Shown here piece by piece: positions 46,914 through 55,895 of a DNA stretch of 55,938 nucleotides. Origin of the DNA: an uncultured Paludibacter sp. GTDB lineage: Bacteria > Bacteroidota > Bacteroidia > Bacteroidales > Paludibacteraceae. The stretch is taken from positions 1 to 55,938 of the forward strand of contig CAYNHC010000001.1 of the NCBI GenBank assembly GCA_964396705.1, given 5' to 3'. Within the stretch, counting starts at the first letter, position 1. The number at the start of each line of letters is the position of its first letter. The notes under the pieces were generated by a model. That model searched no databases. It was not told the DNA's origin and saw only the letters and a list, made by a program, of their open reading frames with translations. The position numbers were made by a program, and so were the translations under genes.

Positions 46914-48863
46914 ATGAAGGATATTAAGTTGTCAGTTATAGCTCTAAGCCTTTTTATGGTATTCTGGCAAATTAATTCTACGTATGCAGAAGTGAAGCCT
47001 GCAAGAATATTCGGCTCTAATATGGTTTTACAACAAGGTATTGAAAACACCGTATGGGGCTGGGCCGACAAAAAAGAGAAAGTTCGTGTTTCGATAAACG
47101 GGAGCGAAGTAAAAACGGTGACGGATAAAAATGGCAAGTGGATGGTAAAGTTACCCGCGATGGAATATGGCGGTCCGTATACAATGACAATTACCGGGAA
47201 GAATAAAATTCAGTTTACCAATGTGATGGTTGGTGAAGTATGGATTTGCTCGGGACAATCGAATATGGAATTTCTTGTTTTACAGGCATCTAATGCAGAA
47301 GAAGAAATTAATAATGCCAACTATCCTGCAATAAGATTATTTTCCGTAGCCAGAAGAGTTGCACAGAATCCTGAGAAAGATTTGGATGCAGGAGAATGGA
47401 CTGCTTGCTCACCTGCCAGTGTTGCAAAATTTTCGGCCGTTGGTTATTTCTTTGGTAGAAAAATTCATCAGGATCTGAATGTCGCTGTTGGTCTTATCAA
47501 TGCTTCCTGGGGAGGAACTGTCGCCGAAACGTGGACCAGTTCTGAAACGATTAAAGAAGATTCGGATTTTGTTGACAGTTGGAATGAACTTCAGAAAATT
47601 GATCTGGCAAATTATGAGACGTCTCTGAAAGAGAGAATTAATTCGGTTATGGCGGGCTCTCCAAATAAAGATAATGGATTGGTGCAGGGTTATAACCAGA
47701 CTTCATTTGACGACAGTAACTGGAAAACCATTTTAACCCCGGGTTTATGGGAAGAAAGAGGCTACAGGGGAATAAATGGTATTGCATGGTACCGGAAATC
47801 GTTTAAACTTGACAAAAACCAGTCGCAGTCTGGTATAGTTTTGTCGCTCGGTATGATTGATGATTATGATATTTGCTGGGTAAATGGTGTCGAAGTTGGA
47901 AAAACCAAGATATATAATGTCGACCGGTTTTACAAAGTACCTGCATCAGCATTAAAGGAAGGAGAGAACACGATTGCCATCAGGGTTACTGATACCGGTG
48001 GCGGCGGTGGCTTGTACAGTCCCGCCCGAAATATCTGTTTTATGTCGGGGGAAACAAAGATAAGCCTTGCCGGAGAATGGAAACTGAAATTTACGGAAGT
48101 AACTCCTGAAACAAATTCATTGGGTCCGAATGATTTTCCAACATTATTGTTTAATGGTATGATTAACCCAATTGTTCCGTATGGCATAAAAGGCGCCATC
48201 TGGTATCAGGGAGAATCTAATGCGGATAGAGCAGAACAATACCGCCGCGTATTTCCGAATCTTATTACTGACTGGCGTAGTCATTGGAAGCTTGGTGATT
48301 TTCCTTTTATTTGGGTACAAATAGCTAATTTTACCAAAGAGCCTGAACAACCTACTGAAAGTACCTGGGCTGAATTGCGTGAAGCACAAACGATGACACT
48401 TAAACTTCCGAATACCGGGATGGCTTCCGCCATTGATATTGGCGAGGCACTCGATATTCACCCGAAAAACAAGCAAGAAGTAGGACGACGTCTGGCATTG
48501 AATGCTCTGAAAATTGCTTATGGTAAAGAGGTCATTAATGAGGGGCCAGTTTTTGATGGTATGACCATGAAAGGGAGCGATGTAATAATTACATTCAAAA
48601 ACATAGCTTCTGGTTTAAAAATCAACAATAAGTACGGATATATAAACGGATTTTCACTTGCCGGTGCTGATGAAAAATTTAGTTGGGCTCAAGCGACATT
48701 GGTTGATAGTAAAACAATAATACTCCATTCAAATGAAATACAGGCACCGGTTGCTGTTCGTTATGGTTGGGCCGATAACCCGGGTGATATGAACTTGTAC
48801 AACAGCGAGGGGCTACCTGCAAATCCTTTCCGTACGGATAACTGGCCGGGAATTACTAAATAG
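46914..48863 (+). CDS. Sialate O-acetylesterase-type (SASA/CE20-like) carbohydrate esterase with inserted sugar-binding domain
   Basis: MVLQQ, GEVWICSGQSNM, FSAVGYFFG, WGGT, inserted GIAWYRK...LGMIDDYD...VNG domain, WYQGESN, ELREAQ, DIHP, VRYGW, GLPANPFRTD. Confidence 0.92.
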   Translation: MKDIKLSVIALSLFMVFWQINSTYAEVKPARIFGSNMVLQQGIENTVWGWADKKEKVRVSINGSEVKTVTDKNGKWMVKLPAMEYGGPYTMTITGKNKIQFTNVMVGEVWICSGQSNMEFLVLQASNAEEEINNANYPAIRLFSVARRVAQNPEKDLDAGEWTACSPASVAKFSAVGYFFGRKIHQDLNVAVGLINASWGGTVAETWTSSETIKEDSDFVDSWNELQKIDLANYETSLKERINSVMAGSPNKDNGLVQGYNQTSFDDSNWKTILTPGLWEERGYRGINGIAWYRKSFKLDKNQSQSGIVLSLGMIDDYDICWVNGVEVGKTKIYNVDRFYKVPASALKEGENTIAIRVTDTGGGGGLYSPARNICFMSGETKISLAGEWKLKFTEVTPETNSLGPNDFPTLLFNGMINPIVPYGIKGAIWYQGESNADRAEQYRRVFPNLITDWRSHWKLGDFPFIWVQIANFTKEPEQPTESTWAELREAQTMTLKLPNTGMASAIDIGEALDIHPKNKQEVGRRLALNALKIAYGKEVINEGPVFDGMTMKGSDVIITFKNIASGLKINNKYGYINGFSLAGADEKFSWAQATLVDSKTIILHSNEIQAPVAVRYGWADNPGDMNLYNSEGLPANPFRTDNWPGITK

Positions 48864-48892
48864 AAACAAACCATTTCACTAAACTAATCAGG

Positions 48893-49510
48893 ATGAAGAT
48901 AAATAAAGCATTTGTTGTATTCTTAGTGTTGTTGACAACAACCAACTTTTGTCAACCCGTGATGGGCCAACTCGTGCCCTCGAATACGAAGCCCCGTGAA
49001 ATAATTTTTGAAACCAATAATCCTTGTCAGGATATGGTGTCAACTTCAAAAAAAGTTTTTGTCAGCTATGTTATCCCGGCGAAAATTGTTGGAGGGGAGT
49101 TTTTTGAAAAGCGGCGAATGATCATCGAAGAATTTATGGCAGGAGTTAATTTTCCCTCAGATTCGGCAGTGCTTACCATTGAACAATATTGGAACGGGGT
49201 GAAGGTGCAACAATGTGTAATCTCGCCTAAAATAAAAGGTGCACCTGAATTTTCTGCCAATCAAAACAGGCCTCTGCTGATACATACCCAAATAAGAAGG
49301 GAAGGCGGACCGCTTAGTGCTACAACCATACGGAATCATTCCTATTGGCAAACTGATTTTGAGGAGACAACTTCTTTCGGAAAGGGTGACGAATATGCCT
49401 GGGGTAATATCTCGGTTGATCTGCGACAGGATGTTTTGGTAGAATGGAAATACTACTGGTCCGTTCAAAACTGTTTCTTTTATTTCGATCACCTGAAGGT
49501 AGATTATTAG
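48893..49510 (+). CDS. Exported hypothetical protein
   Basis: 205-aa ORF filling the gap on the operon strand, with a signal-peptide-like start (...QPVMG/Q); no family recognised. Confidence 0.6.
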   Translation: MKINKAFVVFLVLLTTTNFCQPVMGQLVPSNTKPREIIFETNNPCQDMVSTSKKVFVSYVIPAKIVGGEFFEKRRMIIEEFMAGVNFPSDSAVLTIEQYWNGVKVQQCVISPKIKGAPEFSANQNRPLLIHTQIRREGGPLSATTIRNHSYWQTDFEETTSFGKGDEYAWGNISVDLRQDVLVEWKYYWSVQNCFFYFDHLKVDY

Positions 49511-49519
49511 TTATGAAAC

Positions 49520-49546
49520 TGTCCAGATTTATTGAGAAAAATCTCA
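49520..49546 (+). promoter_or_regulatory. Putative ECF sigma promoter, copy 5
   Basis: TGTCCAGAT-N13-TCTCA, ending 71 nt before ATG 49618; overlapped by the inverted repeat TTATTGAGA-AAAA-TCTCAATAA. Confidence 0.78.
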
Positions 49547-49617
49547 ATAAGTTTATAGTACGATTAACTTTATGATTACCTATATATATTAGATAACCAA
49601 TAAATAATTATGTATAA

Positions 49618-52600
49618 ATGAAAAAATCAATTTCACAAGCTATCACGAATCGAATGAATGGTTCGGGTCTTTTAGCAGGTACAAATAAGAAACGAGTTCT
49701 CGGGCTTGGGTTCTTATTAATATCTCTGTTATATGTATTTCCGGTATATTCGCAGCAACGGATTACTGAGAACTTGCAATGTACTTATGTTGGGAATAGT
49801 TTTGCAGGGCCTAAATGGGTGCAAAATTTTATCGAGAATATGAGTGTAACCAAAGATGGCACGGTATACACCAATTCGTATTGGGATGAAGCCCATCGCG
49901 AGTATGGAGTTTACACCCAATGTGATGTGATTGGGAATAAAAATATGAAACCTAACTCGCTGGTTGCCACTGATTGCAATGGTAAAACATGGACAGTGAA
50001 AAATCCTTATCTTCGTTTCACCCTTAGTCAAGTAGCCCCGGTTCCTACCGGTTCGTTGGCTCCATATATTCAGTGTAGTGATGGTCGTGAAATACGAAGC
50101 ATTGTTGACCCCACCGCGATAGCCGTTGATAACCAGTGTCGTTTGATGGTTGCCGATAATGGTCCGGATCAGAATATTAAAGTTTTTGACATTTCCGGCA
50201 AAGGAACCCCGGTTGTTGTACAAACCATTGGTGATAAAGGTGGTGCGCTTAGCGGATCCAAACCTGGTTTGATTGAACCATTGAAGTTCTGGGGAATCAG
50301 GGGGTTAGGAACTGATTCTGTCGGAAATTTATGGGTTGCAAACTGTGGTTACCCAACTCAGGTTGGTGGCGGAACCGACCTTCGTCATTTTGATACCAAC
50401 CTGAATATGGATTGCCAAATGTTGGGATTAGCCTTTGTTCAGTCGATGGATGCTGATCCGCTTAATCCAACGCATATTTATAGCTCGGGTGAACGTTACG
50501 AGATTGATTATAATACCCCGGCCGGAAATCTTCAGGCACACTGGAAGTATGCCGCTCAAACGCTCGACCCGTTCAAATATCCTGATGACCCACGATTGGT
50601 TAATTCTTTGGAATCAACCATTATTCGATACATTGACGGGAAAAAGTTCATGTTTTTAACTAATATGTATTCGGAGTTTTTGTGTGTTTATCGCTTTGAT
50701 GGTGAAATCGCTGTTCCTTGTGCTTTCTTCACCGTGGCATGGGATGGACAGTGGGAAAAGTATGGCTGGCAGCAAGATAAACGTCCAAAATTAGCGGATG
50801 TGGAAGGTAGCCGGTGGTTGTGGCGTGATAATAATGGCGACGGACAAGTTCAGAAGGAAGAATTTTCGACCTATAATATTGGTTATCCCTATATTAAAGG
50901 AATAGATGTTGATAAAAATGGGAATGTATACCTGGGAAGCAGGTTGCTTTGTTATTTCCCTTGTAATGGCCTGGACCAAAACGGAGTTCCTAATTATTCT
51001 TCAGCTTCTATGGTAAGGACAAATTCTCCGTATACCTATGCAGGAGGAGATATGTCGAGAATTAAATACGTGAATGAAACAGATGTTATGTATTTCGCAA
51101 CGGGTGCAGGCTTCCCTTATTTTTCTGATATCCTGAAAATTAAAAACTGGAGCAAAGGTGAGCGGGCTGTTGATACCTTGCATATAGCTAAACAGTCAGT
51201 CTCATTTACTGCTGATGACAAATATATCTATCTGAATGTCGGGGCCGAAGGTTTATATACAAAAAAGATGGCCGAGATTGATATTTTTAATGCAGAAACA
51301 CTAGAACCAGTAGGTTACATCTTACCTGGTGCCGAAGTAAATAGTTTCAGCGGTATGTTGGACTTGATGTATGCCATCCAGGTATCAAAACTTCCCAGTG
51401 GCGAGCGGGTTATCGTCGTTGAGGAAGATTACTATGGTAAAGGAATTATTTATAAATGGTGCCCCGACGGTAATTGTATCGCACCTGATTATAGCGTGAA
51501 ACTTACTTCTCCACGTGCTGATACAGGTTACCTTAATACCGGGAATATAACTTTCGAGGCTGCTGTTACAACAGGAAATACCCCCGTATCGAAAGTTGAG
51601 TTTTATGCAGATAATGTAAAAATTGGTGAAGACTCAAGCAGCCCGTATAGCTTTGTTTGGCCAACTCCCGAAATCGGTACCCATATGGTTTATGCTAAAG
51701 CTATTGGACAAAACAATACAAACGCTAAATCGAATTACTTTGGACTGAAAATTACTGACGGTACTCCTCAGGTGTTTTTACAATCGCCCATGGATTACTA
51801 CAATTATAGTATGTTCGATACAATCGTATTCTCAGCTGCCGCACAGGATTTTGATGGAACGATACAGAAAATAGAATTTTTTGGTAACGACAAACTGATT
51901 GGTGAATCAAACGCTTCTTCTATCAGGTTCCAGTGGGAAGGTCCAAATGCCGGGCAATATACCATTTACGCCAAAGTAACCGATAATGACGGGAAAACAG
52001 CTGTAACCCCTTCAATAAAGGTTAATGTGTCGGATAAATACGAGAAAACATTCCTTTTTCCTCAAAACGATCTTACAATCGCGAAAGGGGGCAGTTTTGA
52101 TATAAAACTTGATACGGAAGGAAAAACGAACATCAAAAGTATCGCTTATTATAATGGAGATAAGTTGCTCGCGAATGTTGCTGAAGCTCCGTATACTTTC
52201 AATTTAAGTAATGCGGAGGCAGGTGTTTATGCTATTTCAGCGGTTATTACACTGTCAGATGACAGGCTGATGAAAGCTCAAGGCCCATTAGTGTATGTGA
52301 TCTCTGACGTATTCGACTGTGACAACAAAGGGATGATGAATATCGATTTCTGGGATAATATGTCAGGCGCAAAATTGGCGACAGTCACGACCGTGAGTGC
52401 GCCTTCCAAATCAGGAATGGTTAATATCTTCGAGGGCCCAACAGGTAGAGGAGAGAATTATGGTGAACGTATTTGCGGTTACATTTGTCCTCCTCAAACC
52501 GGTGAATACACATTCTGGACTTCGGGCGACGATAATAACCAAATCAGCATTAAAATGCCAGATGCGGATACGTTAAAAGTGATTGCCTATGTGGATGGAT

Positions 52601-53364
52601 ATACCTATACGCGGGCATGGGATTGGATGCCGTCTCAGAAATCGGAACCTGTCTTGTTACAAGCCGGGCAAATGTACTTAGTTGAAGGGCTGCTTGTGCA
52701 AGGCGGCGGAGGTGATAATTTTGCAGTGGGTTGGCAATTGCCTGATGGAACTTATGAACGGCCTATCCCGGGTAATCGCCTTACCCCGTTTTATAACCCG
52801 TTAACTATTAATGATGATGTTCAGATAAAAATTATTTCTCCAGTTGAAGGAGCCAAGCTAAATAAAAATGATTCGATTACGATAGTGGCAGAAGTCCAAA
52901 AAGGTATTGAAGAAGTTTCTGCAATGAAGTTCTATACTGCAGCGAAAACATTAGCAGGTACCGATAAGAATCCTGAATCGAATATATTCTCGTTTAAAAC
53001 AAAATTAGCTGCCGGGAATTATAAGCTTACTGCGAAAGGAACTTACAAACAGATACTTACAATAGTTTCTAATACGGTCGGTATTGCTGTGGGAGATTAT
53101 TCGGGTATTGATGATGTGTATTCTGAAAATGATATGGAAATTTTCCCAAATCCGATTTCTTCAGGCGCACTTACAATTAAACTACCAGAGGAAGCGTCAA
53201 AATTGTCGATTTATGATGTGACAGGAAAGTTGGTTTATCAGGATAACCAGACAAAAAGCGAATTCTTGATTAATCATTCCGTATTTGAGTCTGGAGGTGT
53301 TTATGTTGTCAATGCAATTACATCGAAAAACCCGATCAATAAAAGAGTAATTGTAACAAAATAG
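49618..53364 (+). CDS. T9SS-secreted protein: NHL-like beta-propeller + Ig-like (Big) repeats + PA14 domain
   Basis: PTAIAVDNQCRLMVAD, GLGTDSVGNLWVA and GIDVDKNGNVY blades; Ig repeats VSKVEFYA...IGED..SPYSFVW and DFDGTIQKIEFF; PA14 ENYGERICGYICPPQTGEYTFWTSGDD...QGGGGDNFAVGW; CTD IFPNP...IYDVTGKLV...GVYVV...KRVIVTK. Confidence 0.85.
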   Translation: MKKSISQAITNRMNGSGLLAGTNKKRVLGLGFLLISLLYVFPVYSQQRITENLQCTYVGNSFAGPKWVQNFIENMSVTKDGTVYTNSYWDEAHREYGVYTQCDVIGNKNMKPNSLVATDCNGKTWTVKNPYLRFTLSQVAPVPTGSLAPYIQCSDGREIRSIVDPTAIAVDNQCRLMVADNGPDQNIKVFDISGKGTPVVVQTIGDKGGALSGSKPGLIEPLKFWGIRGLGTDSVGNLWVANCGYPTQVGGGTDLRHFDTNLNMDCQMLGLAFVQSMDADPLNPTHIYSSGERYEIDYNTPAGNLQAHWKYAAQTLDPFKYPDDPRLVNSLESTIIRYIDGKKFMFLTNMYSEFLCVYRFDGEIAVPCAFFTVAWDGQWEKYGWQQDKRPKLADVEGSRWLWRDNNGDGQVQKEEFSTYNIGYPYIKGIDVDKNGNVYLGSRLLCYFPCNGLDQNGVPNYSSASMVRTNSPYTYAGGDMSRIKYVNETDVMYFATGAGFPYFSDILKIKNWSKGERAVDTLHIAKQSVSFTADDKYIYLNVGAEGLYTKKMAEIDIFNAETLEPVGYILPGAEVNSFSGMLDLMYAIQVSKLPSGERVIVVEEDYYGKGIIYKWCPDGNCIAPDYSVKLTSPRADTGYLNTGNITFEAAVTTGNTPVSKVEFYADNVKIGEDSSSPYSFVWPTPEIGTHMVYAKAIGQNNTNAKSNYFGLKITDGTPQVFLQSPMDYYNYSMFDTIVFSAAAQDFDGTIQKIEFFGNDKLIGESNASSIRFQWEGPNAGQYTIYAKVTDNDGKTAVTPSIKVNVSDKYEKTFLFPQNDLTIAKGGSFDIKLDTEGKTNIKSIAYYNGDKLLANVAEAPYTFNLSNAEAGVYAISAVITLSDDRLMKAQGPLVYVISDVFDCDNKGMMNIDFWDNMSGAKLATVTTVSAPSKSGMVNIFEGPTGRGENYGERICGYICPPQTGEYTFWTSGDDNNQISIKMPDADTLKVIAYVDGYTYTRAWDWMPSQKSEPVLLQAGQMYLVEGLLVQGGGGDNFAVGWQLPDGTYERPIPGNRLTPFYNPLTINDDVQIKIISPVEGAKLNKNDSITIVAEVQKGIEEVSAMKFYTAAKTLAGTDKNPESNIFSFKTKLAAGNYKLTAKGTYKQILTIVSNTVGIAVGDYSGIDDVYSENDMEIFPNPISSGALTIKLPEEASKLSIYDVTGKLVYQDNQTKSEFLINHSVFESGGVYVVNAITSKNPINKRVIVTK

Positions 53365-53376
53365 TTGATTTAATAC

Positions 53377-53425
53377 CGGAATGTGCCTGTTGAGAAACTC
53401 ATACAGGTGCACTTCGTGTTTTTAT
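53377..53425 (+). terminator. Probable intrinsic terminator
   Basis: Imperfect stem GTGCCTGT-TGAG/AAA/CTCA-T-ACAGGTGC followed by a T-rich tail, just after stop 53364. Confidence 0.6.
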
Positions 53426-53448
53426 TGTATTGATTTTGAAGAATACCA

Positions 53449-53621
53449 ATCACTGTAGTTGGCGCAAACCCTAATTCTACACTGGATAAATAAAAACCTA
53501 AATTCACAACGGGATGTATGTGCTTATCCTTACTAAATTATCCAGCAAAAAAGACCTGGTAAGCGTTAAATTCACAGCTCCCGGGTTACAATCTGTTGAA
53601 ACAAAACTTGAGTTCAAATAA
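53449..53621 (+). pseudogene. Relic of a gene 3' end resembling the C-terminal Ig-like domain of GH2 enzymes
   Basis: ITVVGANPNSTLDK*KPK, then after a frameshift HNGMYVLILTKLSSKKDLVSVKFTAPGLQSVETKLEFK* (TAA 53619-53621). Confidence 0.5.
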
Positions 53622-53625
53622 ATAG

Positions 53626-53653
53626 TGTCCAGATTTAGCAATTTTCTTTCTCA
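53626..53653 (+). promoter_or_regulatory. Putative ECF sigma promoter, copy 6
   Basis: TGTCCAGAT-N14-TCTCA (spacer one nt longer), 194 nt before ATG 53848. Confidence 0.7.
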
Positions 53654-53847
53654 TTAATGTGTTGGCTTCTTATAAATCTTATTAAGTATGTGAGCCTTTT
53701 ACAAGGAATATGTTGTTAAATGATTGATAGTTAGTTATTTGATGGGTTTAAATGTCATGTGTGGAAATATGTAAACATAAGATTTATGGCTTCAGTTGCC
53801 GAATTTGCTGTTTATAAACAAACAATATCGATTTATTTTTATTATTG

Positions 53848-55833
53848 ATGAGACTTTATTCTACAATTTTTTTTCTTTTATATTTTCTTCTGGGCTTTGC
53901 TCAGCAACTTGATTTTGATAAAATGCTCAAATCGAATGATTTGAGCTATTTGATTCATAACAATGTGGCTTCGCATAATCCAATGCCACATGGTTGGGAG
54001 GAATTTACACCGGCTCAGTCTCCATTAGGTCGGTTTACTTTTCCTGAAGTGATGGCCATGCAAAGTGGCGAAATTTATTCGTTTCAAAGCAAAGGACAGC
54101 TAATACAGCATACGACTACTTCCCAGCAATGGTTACCATGGCAGTATAGTGCCGGAAACGATAAGATAAAGGTTAATCGCACGGTTGGGAAAGATATCTT
54201 CATGTGTGAAATAACCAGTGATGATGATAAAAATATGGCTGTTCTTGAAATGAATAGCTTTACCGACCATTATTATAGAAATAAGGAGGACATTGATCTT
54301 CAGTATGATAGTAAAAATAAGCGTTTTATTTTCAAGTGGAGAGATTATAGTTTGCTCGTTACTTTTAACGGGTGTTCTGATTTGTCGATGTGTCAGGATC
54401 CTCAACCATTACTGAGAAAATTCCAGGGATTTGAAGATGTTGTAATTGTTGATAAAAGCGTATTGGGTTGTTGGAAACGAAATGGAATCACCTATCTTGG
54501 AGCTTCCTTTGATGATAAACTAACCATTACTATGGAGGTAACAAAAACTCCTGATAAACCACGCCTGCCCGTATTTGATCAGCTTGTAGCTTCACAGCGC
54601 CTGTACTGGATAGATTTTCTGAGTCAACAGGTTCCTCCTCTCAAAACAAAAGACAGTACGGTTATTAAAACGTATTATCATGCATGGGTTTCGCTATTCA
54701 GTAACCACATGGACAGACAAGATGGCCTCACCCGCTATCCTTATTTTGCAAGTTCAGCATTCATGTACCCGGGCATGTATTTCTGGGATGAAGCTTTTCA
54801 TGCTGTCTTGCTCTCGAATCTTAATAACGATGATCTTACCTATAAGTTTTTAGATAATTACAGTTTCACACAAGCTCCCGATGGAGGTATCCCAGGCAGT
54901 TTGTCCTTCAAGAAGAATCTTGAACAATACCGGAAAGAGATCGCGAAATCGGGCTCGAACGATATGCAACCTATTGTTAGCGCGGTTACTCTGAAGTATT
55001 TGAAGAATAAGCCGGGTTGGCCTCAGGACAAAATAAAATTCATGTACCAGTTATTCGATAAATATGTCAATTGGTTATATAAATCAAAAGATAAGAATAA
55101 GAATGGTCTGGTTGAATATACAAACAGTTTTAACTCTGGAACTGATGATTCTCCACGATTCGATGGATTATTTAGTGAAGGGTATCACGTCGGCGTAATG
55201 CAACCAGTTGAAAGTGTTGAACAAAATGTGTGGCTTTCTTTAATGCATCATAATTTGTCCGAAATGGCAACTTTACTCGGTGACAAAAAAGCCGCTGCGA
55301 AACACGAAAAAAATGCCGCAGCTCTTGAAGCTAAGATTGAAAAGAGTTTTTGGAGCGAAGAAGATGGCTTTTATTATGATGTAAATGCCACTACAGGTGA
55401 ACAAATTAAAGTAAAAGTTCAATTTGCTTTCATGGCAATGTTTATGAAAAATGCCAGAGAAGACAGGATAAAACGATTAATCACGGAACATTTAATCAAT
55501 CCTGAGGAATTCTGGACGAATTATCCGGTTCCAAGTGTGGCCTTATCCGAGTCGACATTTACCCGAAAAACCATGTGGCGTGGTCCTGTTTGGCCAAATA
55601 TGAACTGGTTAATTTGTCTTGGTTTGGAAGAACATGGATATAAGGATATTGCTAAAGAAATTGCGGTTAATACTGTAAAAATGCTTGGACCTCAATATGA
55701 GGGAGGAGTTTGTGCACGTGGACCCCGTTTCAACGAGTGGTTCGACCCGATCGATGGGCGTGCATTTGGAAATGAGAACGTGAGTTGGAGTAGTAATGTG
55801 GCGGATTTGATTTTGCGCTATTTGAATGAATAA
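53848..55833 (+). CDS. GH63/trehalase-like (alpha/alpha)6-barrel inverting glycosidase
   Basis: YFWDEAFH, QP, SGTDDSPRFD, FWSEEDGFYYD, YPVPSV, MWRGPVWPNMNW, FNEWFDP, SWSS; signal ...GFA/Q. Confidence 0.85.
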   Translation: MRLYSTIFFLLYFLLGFAQQLDFDKMLKSNDLSYLIHNNVASHNPMPHGWEEFTPAQSPLGRFTFPEVMAMQSGEIYSFQSKGQLIQHTTTSQQWLPWQYSAGNDKIKVNRTVGKDIFMCEITSDDDKNMAVLEMNSFTDHYYRNKEDIDLQYDSKNKRFIFKWRDYSLLVTFNGCSDLSMCQDPQPLLRKFQGFEDVVIVDKSVLGCWKRNGITYLGASFDDKLTITMEVTKTPDKPRLPVFDQLVASQRLYWIDFLSQQVPPLKTKDSTVIKTYYHAWVSLFSNHMDRQDGLTRYPYFASSAFMYPGMYFWDEAFHAVLLSNLNNDDLTYKFLDNYSFTQAPDGGIPGSLSFKKNLEQYRKEIAKSGSNDMQPIVSAVTLKYLKNKPGWPQDKIKFMYQLFDKYVNWLYKSKDKNKNGLVEYTNSFNSGTDDSPRFDGLFSEGYHVGVMQPVESVEQNVWLSLMHHNLSEMATLLGDKKAAAKHEKNAAALEAKIEKSFWSEEDGFYYDVNATTGEQIKVKVQFAFMAMFMKNAREDRIKRLITEHLINPEEFWTNYPVPSVALSESTFTRKTMWRGPVWPNMNWLICLGLEEHGYKDIAKEIAVNTVKMLGPQYEGGVCARGPRFNEWFDPIDGRAFGNENVSWSSNVADLILRYLNE

Positions 55834-55895
55834 AAAAGTTATTAAAATAAATTATATCTTAAATTACTATTGTTTAATTTTAAAAAAAAAAAATC

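Noticed and set aside
871-54405. Numerous 60-170 aa ORFs antisense or out of frame within the large genes
   Set aside because: These are typical shadow ORFs fully overlapping well-supported CAZyme genes.
55882-55893. A12 tract before the last gene as a phase-variation switch
   Set aside because: A-rich tracts are normal Bacteroidota translation-initiation regions, and this one lies outside the CDS.
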